DNA of 45,102 bases from Campylobacterota bacterium (lineage in GTDB: Bacteria; Campylobacterota; Campylobacteria; Campylobacterales; Nitratiruptoraceae): NCBI GenBank assembly GCA_013153095.1, contig JAADFB010000083.1:1-45102 (forward strand), in the 5' to 3' direction. Positions 19,894-29,653 of this stretch are shown here, piece after piece. Both the position numbers and the translations under genes were made by a program. The notes beneath the pieces were generated by a model. It was not told the origin of the DNA. It saw only the letters and a list, made by a program, of their open reading frames with translations, and did no database searches. Position 1 is the first letter of the stretch, and each line of letters begins with the position of its first letter.

Positions 19894-20550
19894 TTAAGGA
19901 ACAAATTTATATCCTACCCCTCTTACAGACACTATATAGCGGGGATTTTTGGGATCATCGCCCAGTTTTTGCCTAATTCTGCTAATAATTACATCGATAG
20001 TTTTTTCTGAAGCGTTTTCGCTTAGATTTTCACAAGAATATAGTAATTCTTCCCTATCTACCGCTTGATTAGCGTGTTCTATAAGATAGCTTAACACTTC
20101 AAACTCTGCAGGAGTTAAATGGAGCGGTTTTCCTTTAAAATGGATTTCACGCCTATTTTTATATATTCTAAGGTCAGGTTCTTTTGGAGGCTTAACGTGT
20201 CTTCGAGTTATCGCTTTTAATCTAACTTCCAACTCTTTAGGATCGTAAGGTTTAGGTAAATAATCATCAGCTCCCAACTCTAAACCGATAACTTTATCGC
20301 TTAAATCGCTTCTAGCACTGCTAATAATTATTGGAACATCGCTAAACTCTCTAATCTTTTTTAAAATCTCCAACCCATCCATTCCGGGTAAAGTTAGATC
20401 CAAAATCAGCGCATCATACTCTTTTATCCTCATAGCAGAGATTGCTATAAACGCGTCCTCAAAACTTTCTACTTCGATTCCATACTTTTTTAAATAATCG
20501 CTCAAAATCTCTGCCAACTCTACATCATCCTCTATCATTGCAACCTTCAT
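19894..20550 (-). CDS. OmpR-family response regulator, CprR-like
   Basis: IEDD, LDLTLPGMDG (phospho-Asp), GADDYLPKP, winged helix ending SVRGVGYKF. Start moved to ATG 20550 (AAAGGAGG SD). Confidence 0.93.
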   Translation of the reverse strand: MKVAMIEDDVELAEILSDYLKKYGIEVESFEDAFIAISAMRIKEYDALILDLTLPGMDGLEILKKIREFSDVPIIISSARSDLSDKVIGLELGADDYLPKPYDPKELEVRLKAITRRHVKPPKEPDLRIYKNRREIHFKGKPLHLTPAEFEVLSYLIEHANQAVDREELLYSCENLSENASEKTIDVIISRIRQKLGDDPKNPRYIVSVRGVGYKFVP

Positions 20551-20564
20551 ACCCCCTCCTTTAA

Positions 20565-20585
20565 CTTCCCCCAATGGGGGGAAAG
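20565..20585 (-). terminator. GC-rich hairpin directly after the htrA stop
   Basis: TTCCCCC-aatg-GGGGGAA between htrA and the regulator SD; no U-tract, so partial terminator or stability element. Confidence 0.45.
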
Positions 20586-20586
20586 A

Positions 20587-21993
20587 TTATTTTAACACTA
20601 CAATTAAAGGAATTCCTTGTCGTTTTAAAAATACCCTCTTAGCCCCGGGATATTTCTCAAAAGCTCTCTTTAAATCCTCAACATTCTTGATATTCATATC
20701 CTCAACTCCAATTATAACATCTCCTGGTTTTATTCCAGCTTTTTCAGCAGGGGAATCCTCTTTAACATTGGCTACAAACACTCCATCTACATCGCTAGGG
20801 ATGTTATACATTTTTCTTAAATTGTCGTCAATATTTTGAACTTCTAACCCTTTAAAGTTCTCCCCGCTCTCAGTTTCCTCAAAGTTAGGGCGCTCTCCTA
20901 GTTTCACTTTGGTGGTGTAAGTTTTTCTATTTCTTTCATAAGTAACTCTTACAACTTCCCCAGGAGACCTAGATCCGATAATAGTTTTTAGTTCATTAGC
21001 ATCCTCAACCTTCTCTCCATCCACGGCGATAATTAAATCTCCCCTTCTTAGTCCAGCTTTTTCTGCTGCGCTATCCTTGCTAACATCAACTATAACCGCA
21101 CCATAATCGTGTTTGTAAACCTCTTTTAGATCACCTTTTAAATCTTCAATCATCACTCCTAAATAACCGCGCTCTATCTTTCCTTTTTCAATCAATTTCT
21201 TAACCACATCTCTCATCATATTTACAGGAATTGCAAATCCAATCCCGTTATTCCCACCACTTCGAGTAATAATTGCAGAGTTGATTCCTATCAAGGCCCC
21301 TCTAGTATCTACCAACGCTCCCCCACTGTTACCTGGGTTGATAGCAGCATCGGTTTGGATAAAGTTCTCATAAGTGTTAATTCCTACATTGTTTCTATTA
21401 ACCGCACTTACAATTCCTTGAGTTACAGTTTCCCCAATTCCAAACGGGTTACCTATTGCAAACACCACATCGCCAGGTTTAATTTTTGAAGAGTCCGCTA
21501 AAGGAATAGCTCTTAGTCCCCGTTTTTCAATCTTAATTACCGCTAGGTCTGTTAGAGCATCTTTACCTACTACAGTAGCTTTATACTCCTTATCGCTTCC
21601 AGGTAGAGTTACGGTGATCTCGTCAGCGTTTTTGATTACGTGGTTGTTAGTGACGATATATCCATCTTCACTAATAATCACCCCACTCCCTAAACTTCTT
21701 TGTACTCTACTTTTTGGAAGTCTATTTTTAAACATAGGTCCAAAAAACTGTTTAAAGAAGGGGTCGTTAAAAAAGGGCATATCGTGCATCGATGGAACTT
21801 TAACCTTCTTTTTGGTTGAGATGTTAACTACACTTTCTTTAGCATCTTTAATAGCATCATAATAAGAGATAACTATATTTCCGCCTCTTTCTGGCATAAC
21901 TCTTTTAAAATCGCTAGGAGCTTCGTTAAATTGAATAGTGCCCGCACTTAATAAAGTCGCTGTCAGAACAGAAACTGCTAAAACCTTTCTCAT
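20587..21993 (-). CDS. htrA: Periplasmic serine protease/chaperone HtrA (DegP/DegQ) with two PDZ domains
   Basis: SLGSGVI, TNNHV (His), DLAVIK (Asp), INPGNSGG (Ser), two PDZ repeats, signal peptide. Confidence 0.96.
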   Translation of the reverse strand: MRKVLAVSVLTATLLSAGTIQFNEAPSDFKRVMPERGGNIVISYYDAIKDAKESVVNISTKKKVKVPSMHDMPFFNDPFFKQFFGPMFKNRLPKSRVQRSLGSGVIISEDGYIVTNNHVIKNADEITVTLPGSDKEYKATVVGKDALTDLAVIKIEKRGLRAIPLADSSKIKPGDVVFAIGNPFGIGETVTQGIVSAVNRNNVGINTYENFIQTDAAINPGNSGGALVDTRGALIGINSAIITRSGGNNGIGFAIPVNMMRDVVKKLIEKGKIERGYLGVMIEDLKGDLKEVYKHDYGAVIVDVSKDSAAEKAGLRRGDLIIAVDGEKVEDANELKTIIGSRSPGEVVRVTYERNRKTYTTKVKLGERPNFEETESGENFKGLEVQNIDDNLRKMYNIPSDVDGVFVANVKEDSPAEKAGIKPGDVIIGVEDMNIKNVEDLKRAFEKYPGAKRVFLKRQGIPLIVVLK

Positions 21994-22087
21994 TCTTCTC
22001 CTCCTTTTAGCTCTTATTGGTAATGAAATGATAAGATAAAAAAAATAACAAAAATGGCTGAAAAATTAATGAAAGGTTAACGAAACT

Positions 22088-22858
22088 ATGATTCAAGCTA
22101 TCTTAGACGCAGGAGAGATTTTAAAAACAGGTTTTTTTAAAGCTAAAGAGATTCAAAAAAAAGGAAAAGTAGACTTAGTAACTGAGTTTGACCTAAAAGT
22201 TGAGGAATTTTTAAGGAAAGCTTTAGAAAAAAAGTATAAAGGGTTTGAATTTGTAGGAGAGGAGAGTTTTAAAGGAAATTTGTCTTCTAGAGCAATTATT
22301 GTTGATCCCATTGATGGCACTACCAATTTTGTACATCAGATTGTTTACACTGCTATTAGCGTAGGAATTTGGGAGGATGGAGAGGTAATAGAAGGGGCTG
22401 TTTATAATCCAATTCTCCAAGAGCTCTTTTATGCAAAAAAAGGAAAAGGGGCTTTTTTAAATGATCACCCTATCTCTGTTCAAAAAGGGGTAAAGTTGAT
22501 AGATGCGCTGTTAAGTACCGGCTTTCCTTATACTAAAACCTCTAGAAGCAAAGATTATCTTTTTACTCTTTGTGCATTAAAAGAAGTTTTGCCTTTATGC
22601 AGGGACGTTAGAAGATTGGGGAGTGCCTCGATAGATTTAGCTTATACTGCAATGGGAAGATTTGGAGGGTTTTTTGAAACCAATTTAAAGCCCTGGGATA
22701 CAGCAGCGGGAATCTTATTAATGGAGGAAGCGGGAGGAGTGGTAACGAACCACAAAGGAGAGCCTTATCAATTTGGAGATATAATTTTAGCTAGCTCCCC
22801 TTCCATCCACCCACAGCTTCTGGAGATTTTACAGGAGTGTTGGAATAAAGCCAAGTAA
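22088..22858 (+). CDS. suhB: Inositol monophosphatase family protein (SuhB-like)
   Basis: DLVTEFD, GEE, DPIDGTTNF, RRLGSASIDL, PWDTAAG. Confidence 0.88.
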   Translation: MIQAILDAGEILKTGFFKAKEIQKKGKVDLVTEFDLKVEEFLRKALEKKYKGFEFVGEESFKGNLSSRAIIVDPIDGTTNFVHQIVYTAISVGIWEDGEVIEGAVYNPILQELFYAKKGKGAFLNDHPISVQKGVKLIDALLSTGFPYTKTSRSKDYLFTLCALKEVLPLCRDVRRLGSASIDLAYTAMGRFGGFFETNLKPWDTAAGILLMEEAGGVVTNHKGEPYQFGDIILASSPSIHPQLLEILQECWNKAK

Positions 22859-25800
22859 ACACTATTGGGATAAAAACTAATGTTAAAAATGTTCCAACCA
22901 TCAACCCCCCAATCGCTACCGCTCCTAATGGGGCTAACCGCTCTAGTCCTATCGCCCAACCTAAAGCTACCGGTAACATTCCAGCAGTAGTCGCAAATGC
23001 GGTCATCAGTACCGGTCGCGTTCTAACATCGATGCTTCTTAACATCGCCTCTTTTGCACTTAAACCCTGCTCTATCCCCATTAACGCAAACTCTATCAAT
23101 AAAATTGCGTTGTTTACAATAATCCCACTTAAAAGGATAAATCCCATCATCGCAGGCATTGAGGTATGGTAATCAAGCAATAAAAGTATCCACGCAGCTC
23201 CGATTAAAGTTAAAGGGATAGAGAAAATTATCAAAAGTGGAGCTTTGAAGGAGTTAAACATAGGAACTAGAACAAAAAAGATAAGTAAAACTCCAAAAAT
23301 TACCGCTTTTACCATTCTTTTAGCCGAATCGGTGAATTGGGCTATATCTCCAGCTTGAGCCATTTTTATGGTGGGAGGTAGTTTAGTTCCTTTAAACGCC
23401 TTTTCAAAATTTGCCATTATATGACTAATTGCTGCTTTTTCTCTAAACCCGTAAATATCAATAGTATACTCCAACCCTTCCCGTGTTATAACATTGGGTT
23501 GAACTTTTTTAGTTAAAGTAGCTATCTCTTCTAACGGCACTAACCCTTTAGGAGTTGTAAGAGTAAATTCCTTAATCATCCTTCTATTGTCACCCCAAAC
23601 TCTAACTAAGATGTCATTACTGTTTTTTACACTTTTACTTGCTGAAAACGCCCCTCGTAGATAGAGAGCTAGTTGGGTAGCAATATCTTTGCTAGTGATC
23701 TCATAAGAGAGAGCTTTCTCTTCATCTATTTTTAAAATGAACACCTCTTTATCTAACTCCCAACTTTTAGAAATATTTACCAACCCTTTAGTATGGAGTA
23801 ATACTTTATATAACTTATCTCCAGCCTCTTTTAACTCCTTAAAATCATCTCCACTAAGCATCACGTCAACATTTCCCCTAATGGAAGATAGAGCGGTAGC
23901 CCCATAATCAAAAACACTAAAATATTTTATATTGGGCAGTTTTGCTATCTCTTTTCTAATTTCTCTCTCAATCTCCCAAATAGTTTTTTTTCTTTCAAAC
24001 CGATTTACATAAGTCGCAGTAATAGAGATATTATCTATTCCGCTTCCACTTCCCATACTTAATACCCCTGGTTCGCTTCCAATAGAAGCGCTTACTCTAA
24101 CCAGCGGGGCAACCTTTTGTAAAATTTTATCTATCTCTTTTAATGTCTTTGCACTCTCTTGAATAGGGAGATTGCTATCCATTTGTACTTGAATTTTTAC
24201 AATTCCTGTATCCATTGGAGGCATTAGCTCTTGCCCTACTAACGGCATTACTCCTTTTGCAGAGATCACAAAAAGGATAAAAAGGATTAGGAAGTAAGAA
24301 GTTGCAATTAGTTTACTTTCCATTGCGCTTTTTGCCAACCCTTTGAAAAACTCCTTTGCTCCGTTGTTAAAAGCGTTACTGATTTTACTAAATCCTCTCT
24401 CAAAGGCTAAAACGTATCTGTTTTGAATAGCTAAAAATTTCAAACTCAATAAAGGTACTGTAGTGATTGAGATGATGTAGGAAGCTCCTAGGGCTAAAAG
24501 TAGTGTTCCTACAAGCGGTCTAAAGATTGTTTGGGGGTAATCTCCTACAAACATAATTGGAACTAAAGCTACCATAGTGGTAATCGTTCCGCTCAAATCC
24601 GCGAACATTATTTCTTTAGTACCTTCAATTACCGCTTGCTCTATCGGCTTATTTAACTCCTTGTAATGGCGTTCAATATTCTCCATCACAACTACCGCAT
24701 CATCTAAAAGTAATCCTAAAGCCAAGATGATAGCGGTTAAAGTTACCACATTAAACTCTATTCCCACCATATACATCATCGCAACGGTGGAAGCGTAAAC
24801 TAGAGGAATTGTAAAAAGAACTACTAAAACTTGTCTTAAAGAAGCTAGGAAGAAAAAGGCGACAATTGTAGACATCACTATCGCATCGCGGAGCGATTCA
24901 AACATATTTGCAATACTTTGTTCAATTGTGTCTTTTTGAGTATCGGTTATCTCAAAATCTAAAGCGGGATATTGTCTTTTGATCTCTTCTAACTTTTTTT
25001 CTACTGCATTTATAGTTTTAATTACATCTGCGTCGGTAGCTCGCTGAATCGCTAATGCGATACTCTCTTTAGAGTTCCCAAAGTAAAGAGCAGTGTTATC
25101 ATAGTTGGAGTAGGTGATAGTAGCTACATCTTTTAACTTTATGTCGGGTGTTAAAGGGAGATTTCTAATCTTTTCGATTTGATCCCTTTTTCCTTCAATT
25201 TTAAGTAGAAATTTTCCCCTTTCTAAATCTAAAGACCCTAAAGCGTAATCGCGATCATTTTTAGAAAGAATAGCTACCACTTTAGCGGTGTTTAACCCTA
25301 AGGAGTTAAGTTTTTCTTTATCTACTTTTACAATAATCTCCTTTTTATACCCTCCAAAAATATCTACATTTGCAACCCCTTCTACCTTTAGGAGTTTATT
25401 TTTTATATCATTTTCTAAAATCTCTCTAATTAACATCAAATCTTTTCCGCTCACTCCTATCACCATAACAGGAGGGGTAGCTGAGGTGATCTTGTAAATT
25501 CTAGGTTCTTTAATGGAGGGGGGAAGAAGGGCTTTTATTCTACTTAAGGCGTTAGAAACATCGCTAACTGCGGTGTCTATATCTTTTGTGTATTCAAACT
25601 CCGCTCTAATGACGCTAACCTCATCGATAGTAGTGGAGTAAACTCTTCTAACTTTATCGATTGTGTAAAGCTCCCTTTCTACAACCACTGCTACCTTTGA
25701 GGCTAAATCTTTAGCGGTAGCTCCTCCCCATTGAATCACTAAAGCTACTTCAGGACGGTTAGAGTCTGGAAAAAGCTTTCTATTTAAAGAGTTATAGCCG

Positions 25801-25883
25801 TAAACTCCTAAAAAAAGAAAGATTCCTAACAGAGAAATTATTGTATAAGGTTTTTTTATAAACCGTTCAAACCAACTACTCAC
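22791..25883 (-). CDS. RND efflux transporter permease subunit
   Basis: 1030 aa, two large periplasmic loops, GLLLDDAVVVMENI (TM4), GIIVNNAILL, RTRPVLMT. Confidence 0.95.
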   Translation of the reverse strand: MSSWFERFIKKPYTIISLLGIFLFLGVYGYNSLNRKLFPDSNRPEVALVIQWGGATAKDLASKVAVVVERELYTIDKVRRVYSTTIDEVSVIRAEFEYTKDIDTAVSDVSNALSRIKALLPPSIKEPRIYKITSATPPVMVIGVSGKDLMLIREILENDIKNKLLKVEGVANVDIFGGYKKEIIVKVDKEKLNSLGLNTAKVVAILSKNDRDYALGSLDLERGKFLLKIEGKRDQIEKIRNLPLTPDIKLKDVATITYSNYDNTALYFGNSKESIALAIQRATDADVIKTINAVEKKLEEIKRQYPALDFEITDTQKDTIEQSIANMFESLRDAIVMSTIVAFFFLASLRQVLVVLFTIPLVYASTVAMMYMVGIEFNVVTLTAIILALGLLLDDAVVVMENIERHYKELNKPIEQAVIEGTKEIMFADLSGTITTMVALVPIMFVGDYPQTIFRPLVGTLLLALGASYIISITTVPLLSLKFLAIQNRYVLAFERGFSKISNAFNNGAKEFFKGLAKSAMESKLIATSYFLILFILFVISAKGVMPLVGQELMPPMDTGIVKIQVQMDSNLPIQESAKTLKEIDKILQKVAPLVRVSASIGSEPGVLSMGSGSGIDNISITATYVNRFERKKTIWEIEREIRKEIAKLPNIKYFSVFDYGATALSSIRGNVDVMLSGDDFKELKEAGDKLYKVLLHTKGLVNISKSWELDKEVFILKIDEEKALSYEITSKDIATQLALYLRGAFSASKSVKNSNDILVRVWGDNRRMIKEFTLTTPKGLVPLEEIATLTKKVQPNVITREGLEYTIDIYGFREKAAISHIMANFEKAFKGTKLPPTIKMAQAGDIAQFTDSAKRMVKAVIFGVLLIFFVLVPMFNSFKAPLLIIFSIPLTLIGAAWILLLLDYHTSMPAMMGFILLSGIIVNNAILLIEFALMGIEQGLSAKEAMLRSIDVRTRPVLMTAFATTAGMLPVALGWAIGLERLAPLGAVAIGGLMVGTFLTLVFIPIVFTWLYSNTPVKSPEAVGGWKGS

Positions 25884-27003
25884 TAATCACCTCTACATTT
25901 TGAGTTACAAATAGTTTTGCTAGCTTCTCATTACTCCCTATTGCTACTGGGGCTAAAAGTTTCTTATTTGGAATAAAGAATTTTTCATCTTGTGCTAAAA
26001 TCTCAACTTCAACCGGCTTAAATTTACCGTTTTGGTAAAGAAAAAGATATTTTTTTCCTCTCTCTTCATACACCGCTTTTAAAGGGTAAGCTAACCCTCT
26101 TACACTTTTTTGAATTACAGTAACTTTTGGTTGGGAGTTATTGGGAAGAGGGAGTTTAGGACAATTTAGTCTTGCCACTTTCAAAGAGTTTATAGAGTTG
26201 GGAAGAATCTTTTTCACTTCACATTTTTTACCTTCTACCAACGCTTTCATCCCCTCTTTAATACCACTACTAAAAGGAAGATCGACTACCCATTCATTCC
26301 CTAAAAGTAAAATCAACGGTTTTCCAATAGGAGCAAAAGAACCTTCTTTAAAAAAGATTTTCTCTACAACTCCATCAAAAGGGGCTTTTAATAGAGTATA
26401 CTCTAACAGTTTCTTTTTAGCTTTCAAAGATTCTATAGAACTTTTTAATTCATTCTCTTTTGTTCTTAAAGTTGCAAGAGTAGATTTTGTTTTTGCCACT
26501 TTCATCTCATATAGAGCTACCTTATTTTCTAATATCTCCCTTGCTAGAGCTTTGGCTCTATACAAGGCTTTGTCTCTTTCTAAGCTTCTTAAAGTGTTTT
26601 CCTCATCCTTTTTTACCGATCTAAGCAAAGCTTTTTGGGCGGAGATTTGTGACTTTAAAGAAGAGATTTTAGCTTGTTGGGCTAGGATTTGGGCTTTGAT
26701 TTCACTACTATCTATTTTTAGAAGTATTTCTCCTTTTTTAACTTTCTCTCCCTCTTTTACCTCTACGCTTTCGATAAAACCGGCTATCTTTGTTCCAGTT
26801 TGAGCTTGAGTTAAAGAGTAGTAGCGCCCCAAAAGCTGTTTAGTTTGATTTATCTCTTTTTGGATCGGTTTAACAACTTTTATAACTACTAAGGGAGGAG
26901 TGGGAGTAGGTAAAGATTCTATCTCTTCTTTCTTCTTTTTTAAAATTTTGACCCCTCCAATAGCTAAAAGGGCTACTAAAAGTGCAAAAAAAATTTTTTT
27001 CAT
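25876..27003 (-). CDS. RND periplasmic adaptor (membrane fusion protein)
   Basis: N-terminal anchor, lipoyl halves (GFIESVEVKEGEKVKKGEILLKID, LKAPFDGVV) flanking a long helical hairpin. Confidence 0.92.
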   Translation of the reverse strand: MKKIFFALLVALLAIGGVKILKKKKEEIESLPTPTPPLVVIKVVKPIQKEINQTKQLLGRYYSLTQAQTGTKIAGFIESVEVKEGEKVKKGEILLKIDSSEIKAQILAQQAKISSLKSQISAQKALLRSVKKDEENTLRSLERDKALYRAKALAREILENKVALYEMKVAKTKSTLATLRTKENELKSSIESLKAKKKLLEYTLLKAPFDGVVEKIFFKEGSFAPIGKPLILLLGNEWVVDLPFSSGIKEGMKALVEGKKCEVKKILPNSINSLKVARLNCPKLPLPNNSQPKVTVIQKSVRGLAYPLKAVYEERGKKYLFLYQNGKFKPVEVEILAQDEKFFIPNKKLLAPVAIGSNEKLAKLFVTQNVEVISE

Positions 27004-27011
27004 CCACTCTC

Positions 27012-27035
27012 CTCAAAACCTAAAAAGGTTTTGAG
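27012..27035 (-). promoter_or_regulatory. Perfect 10-bp hairpin in the translation initiation region of the adaptor gene
   Basis: Minus strand reads AGAAAGGAGG-CTCAAAACCT-tttt-AGGTTTTGAG-GAGAGTGG-ATG. Confidence 0.55.
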
Positions 27036-27052
27036 CCTCCTTTCTAAAAAAT

Positions 27053-28273
27053 TTAATCACCAGCTTGAAGATAGTTAAGATAGGCGTATTTGCTAAAAAG
27101 GGTGTATTTTGTTTTACTGATTGCGCTTTTGGCTTTTTGGGTATTAGCAATAGCTTGTAGATAATCGCTTACATCTTTATATCCGGTGTCATATTGAATC
27201 TTTTCACTATGTTGAATCTCTTTTAAAAGTTTTAGGTTGCTTTGTAAAGCTTTTAGAGTATGGTATAAAGAGTTTATCTCAAGTTTTGCTCCCTCGATTT
27301 TACTCTTTAGCATCTCCTTTTGAAAAAGAAGATTTTTTTTAGCTTGTAAAGTGGCTATTTTACTCTTTTGATATATCTTTTTCTTATACCCAAAATCTAT
27401 AATCGGATAGGTTGCAATAACTCCCCCTTGCCAAATATCTTCACTCTCCCCTTTGGCGAAATTTTGATTAAACATCCCTTGAAAAAACAGTTTAGGATAG
27501 GAGAGAGATTTAGCTTTTTTTAGCTCCCTTTGAGTTTTTTTAACCTCTAGTTGCATCTTTTTAACTAGATAGGGGGTAGTATTTTTTTGTACTGCTTCCT
27601 CTTTAGCATCTTCAAATTTATCTATTTTTATTCCTATTAACGCTTTTAAAGCAGCTTTGATACTTTCTATTCCGTTTTTCACTTTAACTATAGAACTTTC
27701 TACTCCTAAAAGATCGCTTCTAATTTTTAAAAGGTCTAAAGGAGCTTTTTTACCAAGTTTAACTCCATATTCCACTTTGCGTTTTAATGCTGAAAGAGCC
27801 TTCTTTCTAGCCTTTAAAGCTTGCAAATCCGATTTTAGACCTAGTGCTTTAAAATAGAGAGCTTTAATATTGTAAACGGTTTCATTTTTAGCTAGCTTGT
27901 ATCCTATCTCTTTCATTTTAAAACCTAAAGCTGCTAAATCGATCCTAACCTTATCTGCAAATCCATTAAAAAGAGCTACTTTATATTCAACTCCCGCAGA
28001 AAGAATATCTTTAGAGGTGGTAATATTTGGAGTTATTGGAGGAGTTAAGGGTTTTAAGGTTCTGGGAATGTTGTAATGGTTATAGGCGGCGTTGAGGTTT
28101 ACTTTACCTAAAGTTTGGGCTTTTATAGCTTCCTTTTGAAGTTTTTGAGCTTCAATATCTAAACGTTTAGATTGTAAAGAGGGATTATTTTTTAATGCTA
28201 AGGAGATCGCTTCCTCCAAACTCATAGAGTAGAGCAAGGAGGAAGTAAGGAGTAGAGCTAAAAGCCTACTCAT
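27053..28273 (-). CDS. TolC-family outer membrane efflux protein
   Basis: SLEEAISLALKNNPSL start, two OEP-like repeats (YPKLFFQG...YPIIDFG), adjacent to MFP and RND genes. Confidence 0.92.
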   Translation of the reverse strand: MSRLLALLLTSSLLYSMSLEEAISLALKNNPSLQSKRLDIEAQKLQKEAIKAQTLGKVNLNAAYNHYNIPRTLKPLTPPITPNITTSKDILSAGVEYKVALFNGFADKVRIDLAALGFKMKEIGYKLAKNETVYNIKALYFKALGLKSDLQALKARKKALSALKRKVEYGVKLGKKAPLDLLKIRSDLLGVESSIVKVKNGIESIKAALKALIGIKIDKFEDAKEEAVQKNTTPYLVKKMQLEVKKTQRELKKAKSLSYPKLFFQGMFNQNFAKGESEDIWQGGVIATYPIIDFGYKKKIYQKSKIATLQAKKNLLFQKEMLKSKIEGAKLEINSLYHTLKALQSNLKLLKEIQHSEKIQYDTGYKDVSDYLQAIANTQKAKSAISKTKYTLFSKYAYLNYLQAGD

Positions 28274-28740
28274 CTACGAAACATCCCACCGCCTCGATGT
28301 TTAAATCCTTCTGGAGGAAAGTTATCATACAGATAGGAAGCGATAGCTTCTAGGTCTTCTTGAGGAAGGTTTAATGGAGGCATCAACCCAAACCGTTGAA
28401 CTGAAGGACAAACGGCTTTATCATAACTAGGAGAACGTACATAATCTACAATAAATCTAACTGCATCCTCTTTGTTAGGATATTTCTCTTTTATGTGAAA
28501 CATAACTCCCGCAATTGTAGGAGCTACCATTTTGGATCGATCCTCAGGTCTGCTTAAAGAATGACACATTACACAATGCTGTTTAAAAAGCTGTTCCCCC
28601 CGCTTTGAAGAGTAGTTTTTGGTGGTGGCTGAAGCTGTATTTAGGGAAGCTTCATTAGAGTTTGGGGAAGTTGCTAAACACCCGCTCATTAAAGCCATAA
28701 TCCCAGCAACACTTATTGAAAGAAAAAGATTCTTTTTCAC
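28270..28740 (-). CDS. Monoheme cytochrome c lipoprotein
   Basis: Lipobox-like LMSGC, CVMCH heme motif, GLMPP putative distal Met; ATGA overlap with tolC; GTG start with AAAGGAG SD. Confidence 0.88.
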   Translation of the reverse strand: MKKNLFLSISVAGIMALMSGCLATSPNSNEASLNTASATTKNYSSKRGEQLFKQHCVMCHSLSRPEDRSKMVAPTIAGVMFHIKEKYPNKEDAVRFIVDYVRSPSYDKAVCPSVQRFGLMPPLNLPQEDLEAIASYLYDNFPPEGFKHRGGGMFRR

Positions 28741-28789
28741 TATTAACTCCTTTTTGTGACTATTTTAACCTAGGTATGTGAAAGTTTTG

Positions 28790-29653
28790 TTAATCGCAAT
28801 ACCGTTTTAATAAACATTCATAACTTTCAACCCTTCTATCTCTTAAAAAAGGCCAAATATTCCTAACTTCATAAGTTTGATCTAACTCTAGCTCTACTGT
28901 TTTAGCTTCCTCCTTATCTGAACTAAGTTGAAGTAACATCTCTCCTTGCGCTCCACAAACAAAACTGTTTCCCCAAAATCTAATTCCGTCAATACATCCA
29001 CTTTCATCTTTTTCAAACCCTACTCTATTTACACTAATTAGCGGTAAAGCGTTGGCTATTGCGTGTCCTTGTTGAACTTTTATCCACGCCTCTAGCTGTT
29101 TAGCTTTCTCCTCTTTAGAATCTTTATCAAACCATCCAATAGCGGTAGGATAAATTAGTAAGTCTGCTCCTTTAAGAGCCATTATTCTAGCCGCTTCTGG
29201 ATACCATTGATCCCAACATACCATAACCCCCAATCTTCCAACCGAAGTATCTATCGGCTCAAAACCCAAATCTCCAGGTGTAAAATAAAATTTTTCATAA
29301 AATCCCGGATCATCCGGGATATGCATCTTTCTATATTTTCCCGCTACCCTTCCTCGATCCAATACTACGGCGGTATTATGGTAAAGCCCTTTTGCCCTCT
29401 CCTCAAATAGGGAAGTTACCAATACGACCTTTTTCTCTTCACTAACCCACCTCCAAAACTCTACGTCTAAGTTGAAATCTTTAGCCAGCTCAAAATGTTT
29501 TATATCTTCACTTTTACAAAAATATTCACTCTGATGCAGTTCTTGAAGAACGATTAAATCTGCATTAGGAATTTTTTCTATCAACTCTAGAGTTTTTTGG
29601 ATAGTGGCCTTTTTTGAACCGTGATATTTTTGTTGAATTAGTCCAACTTTCAT
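28790..29653 (-). CDS. aguB: N-carbamoylputrescine amidase-like carbon-nitrogen hydrolase
   Basis: LQEL, RKMHIPDDPGFYEKFYFTPGD, VCWDQWYPEAAR, YPTAIG, WPFLRDRR; agmatine deiminase nearby. Confidence 0.8.
   Translation of the reverse strand: MKVGLIQQKYHGSKKATIQKTLELIEKIPNADLIVLQELHQSEYFCKSEDIKHFELAKDFNLDVEFWRWVSEEKKVVLVTSLFEERAKGLYHNTAVVLDRGRVAGKYRKMHIPDDPGFYEKFYFTPGDLGFEPIDTSVGRLGVMVCWDQWYPEAARIMALKGADLLIYPTAIGWFDKDSKEEKAKQLEAWIKVQQGHAIANALPLISVNRVGFEKDESGCIDGIRFWGNSFVCGAQGEMLLQLSSDKEEAKTVELELDQTYEVRNIWPFLRDRRVESYECLLKRYCD

Noticed and set aside
26141-26803. 220-aa ORF on + strand
   Set aside because: Lies wholly antisense to the adaptor gene; Phe/Ser/Leu-rich composition is the mirror of Lys/Glu codons; no SD or motifs.
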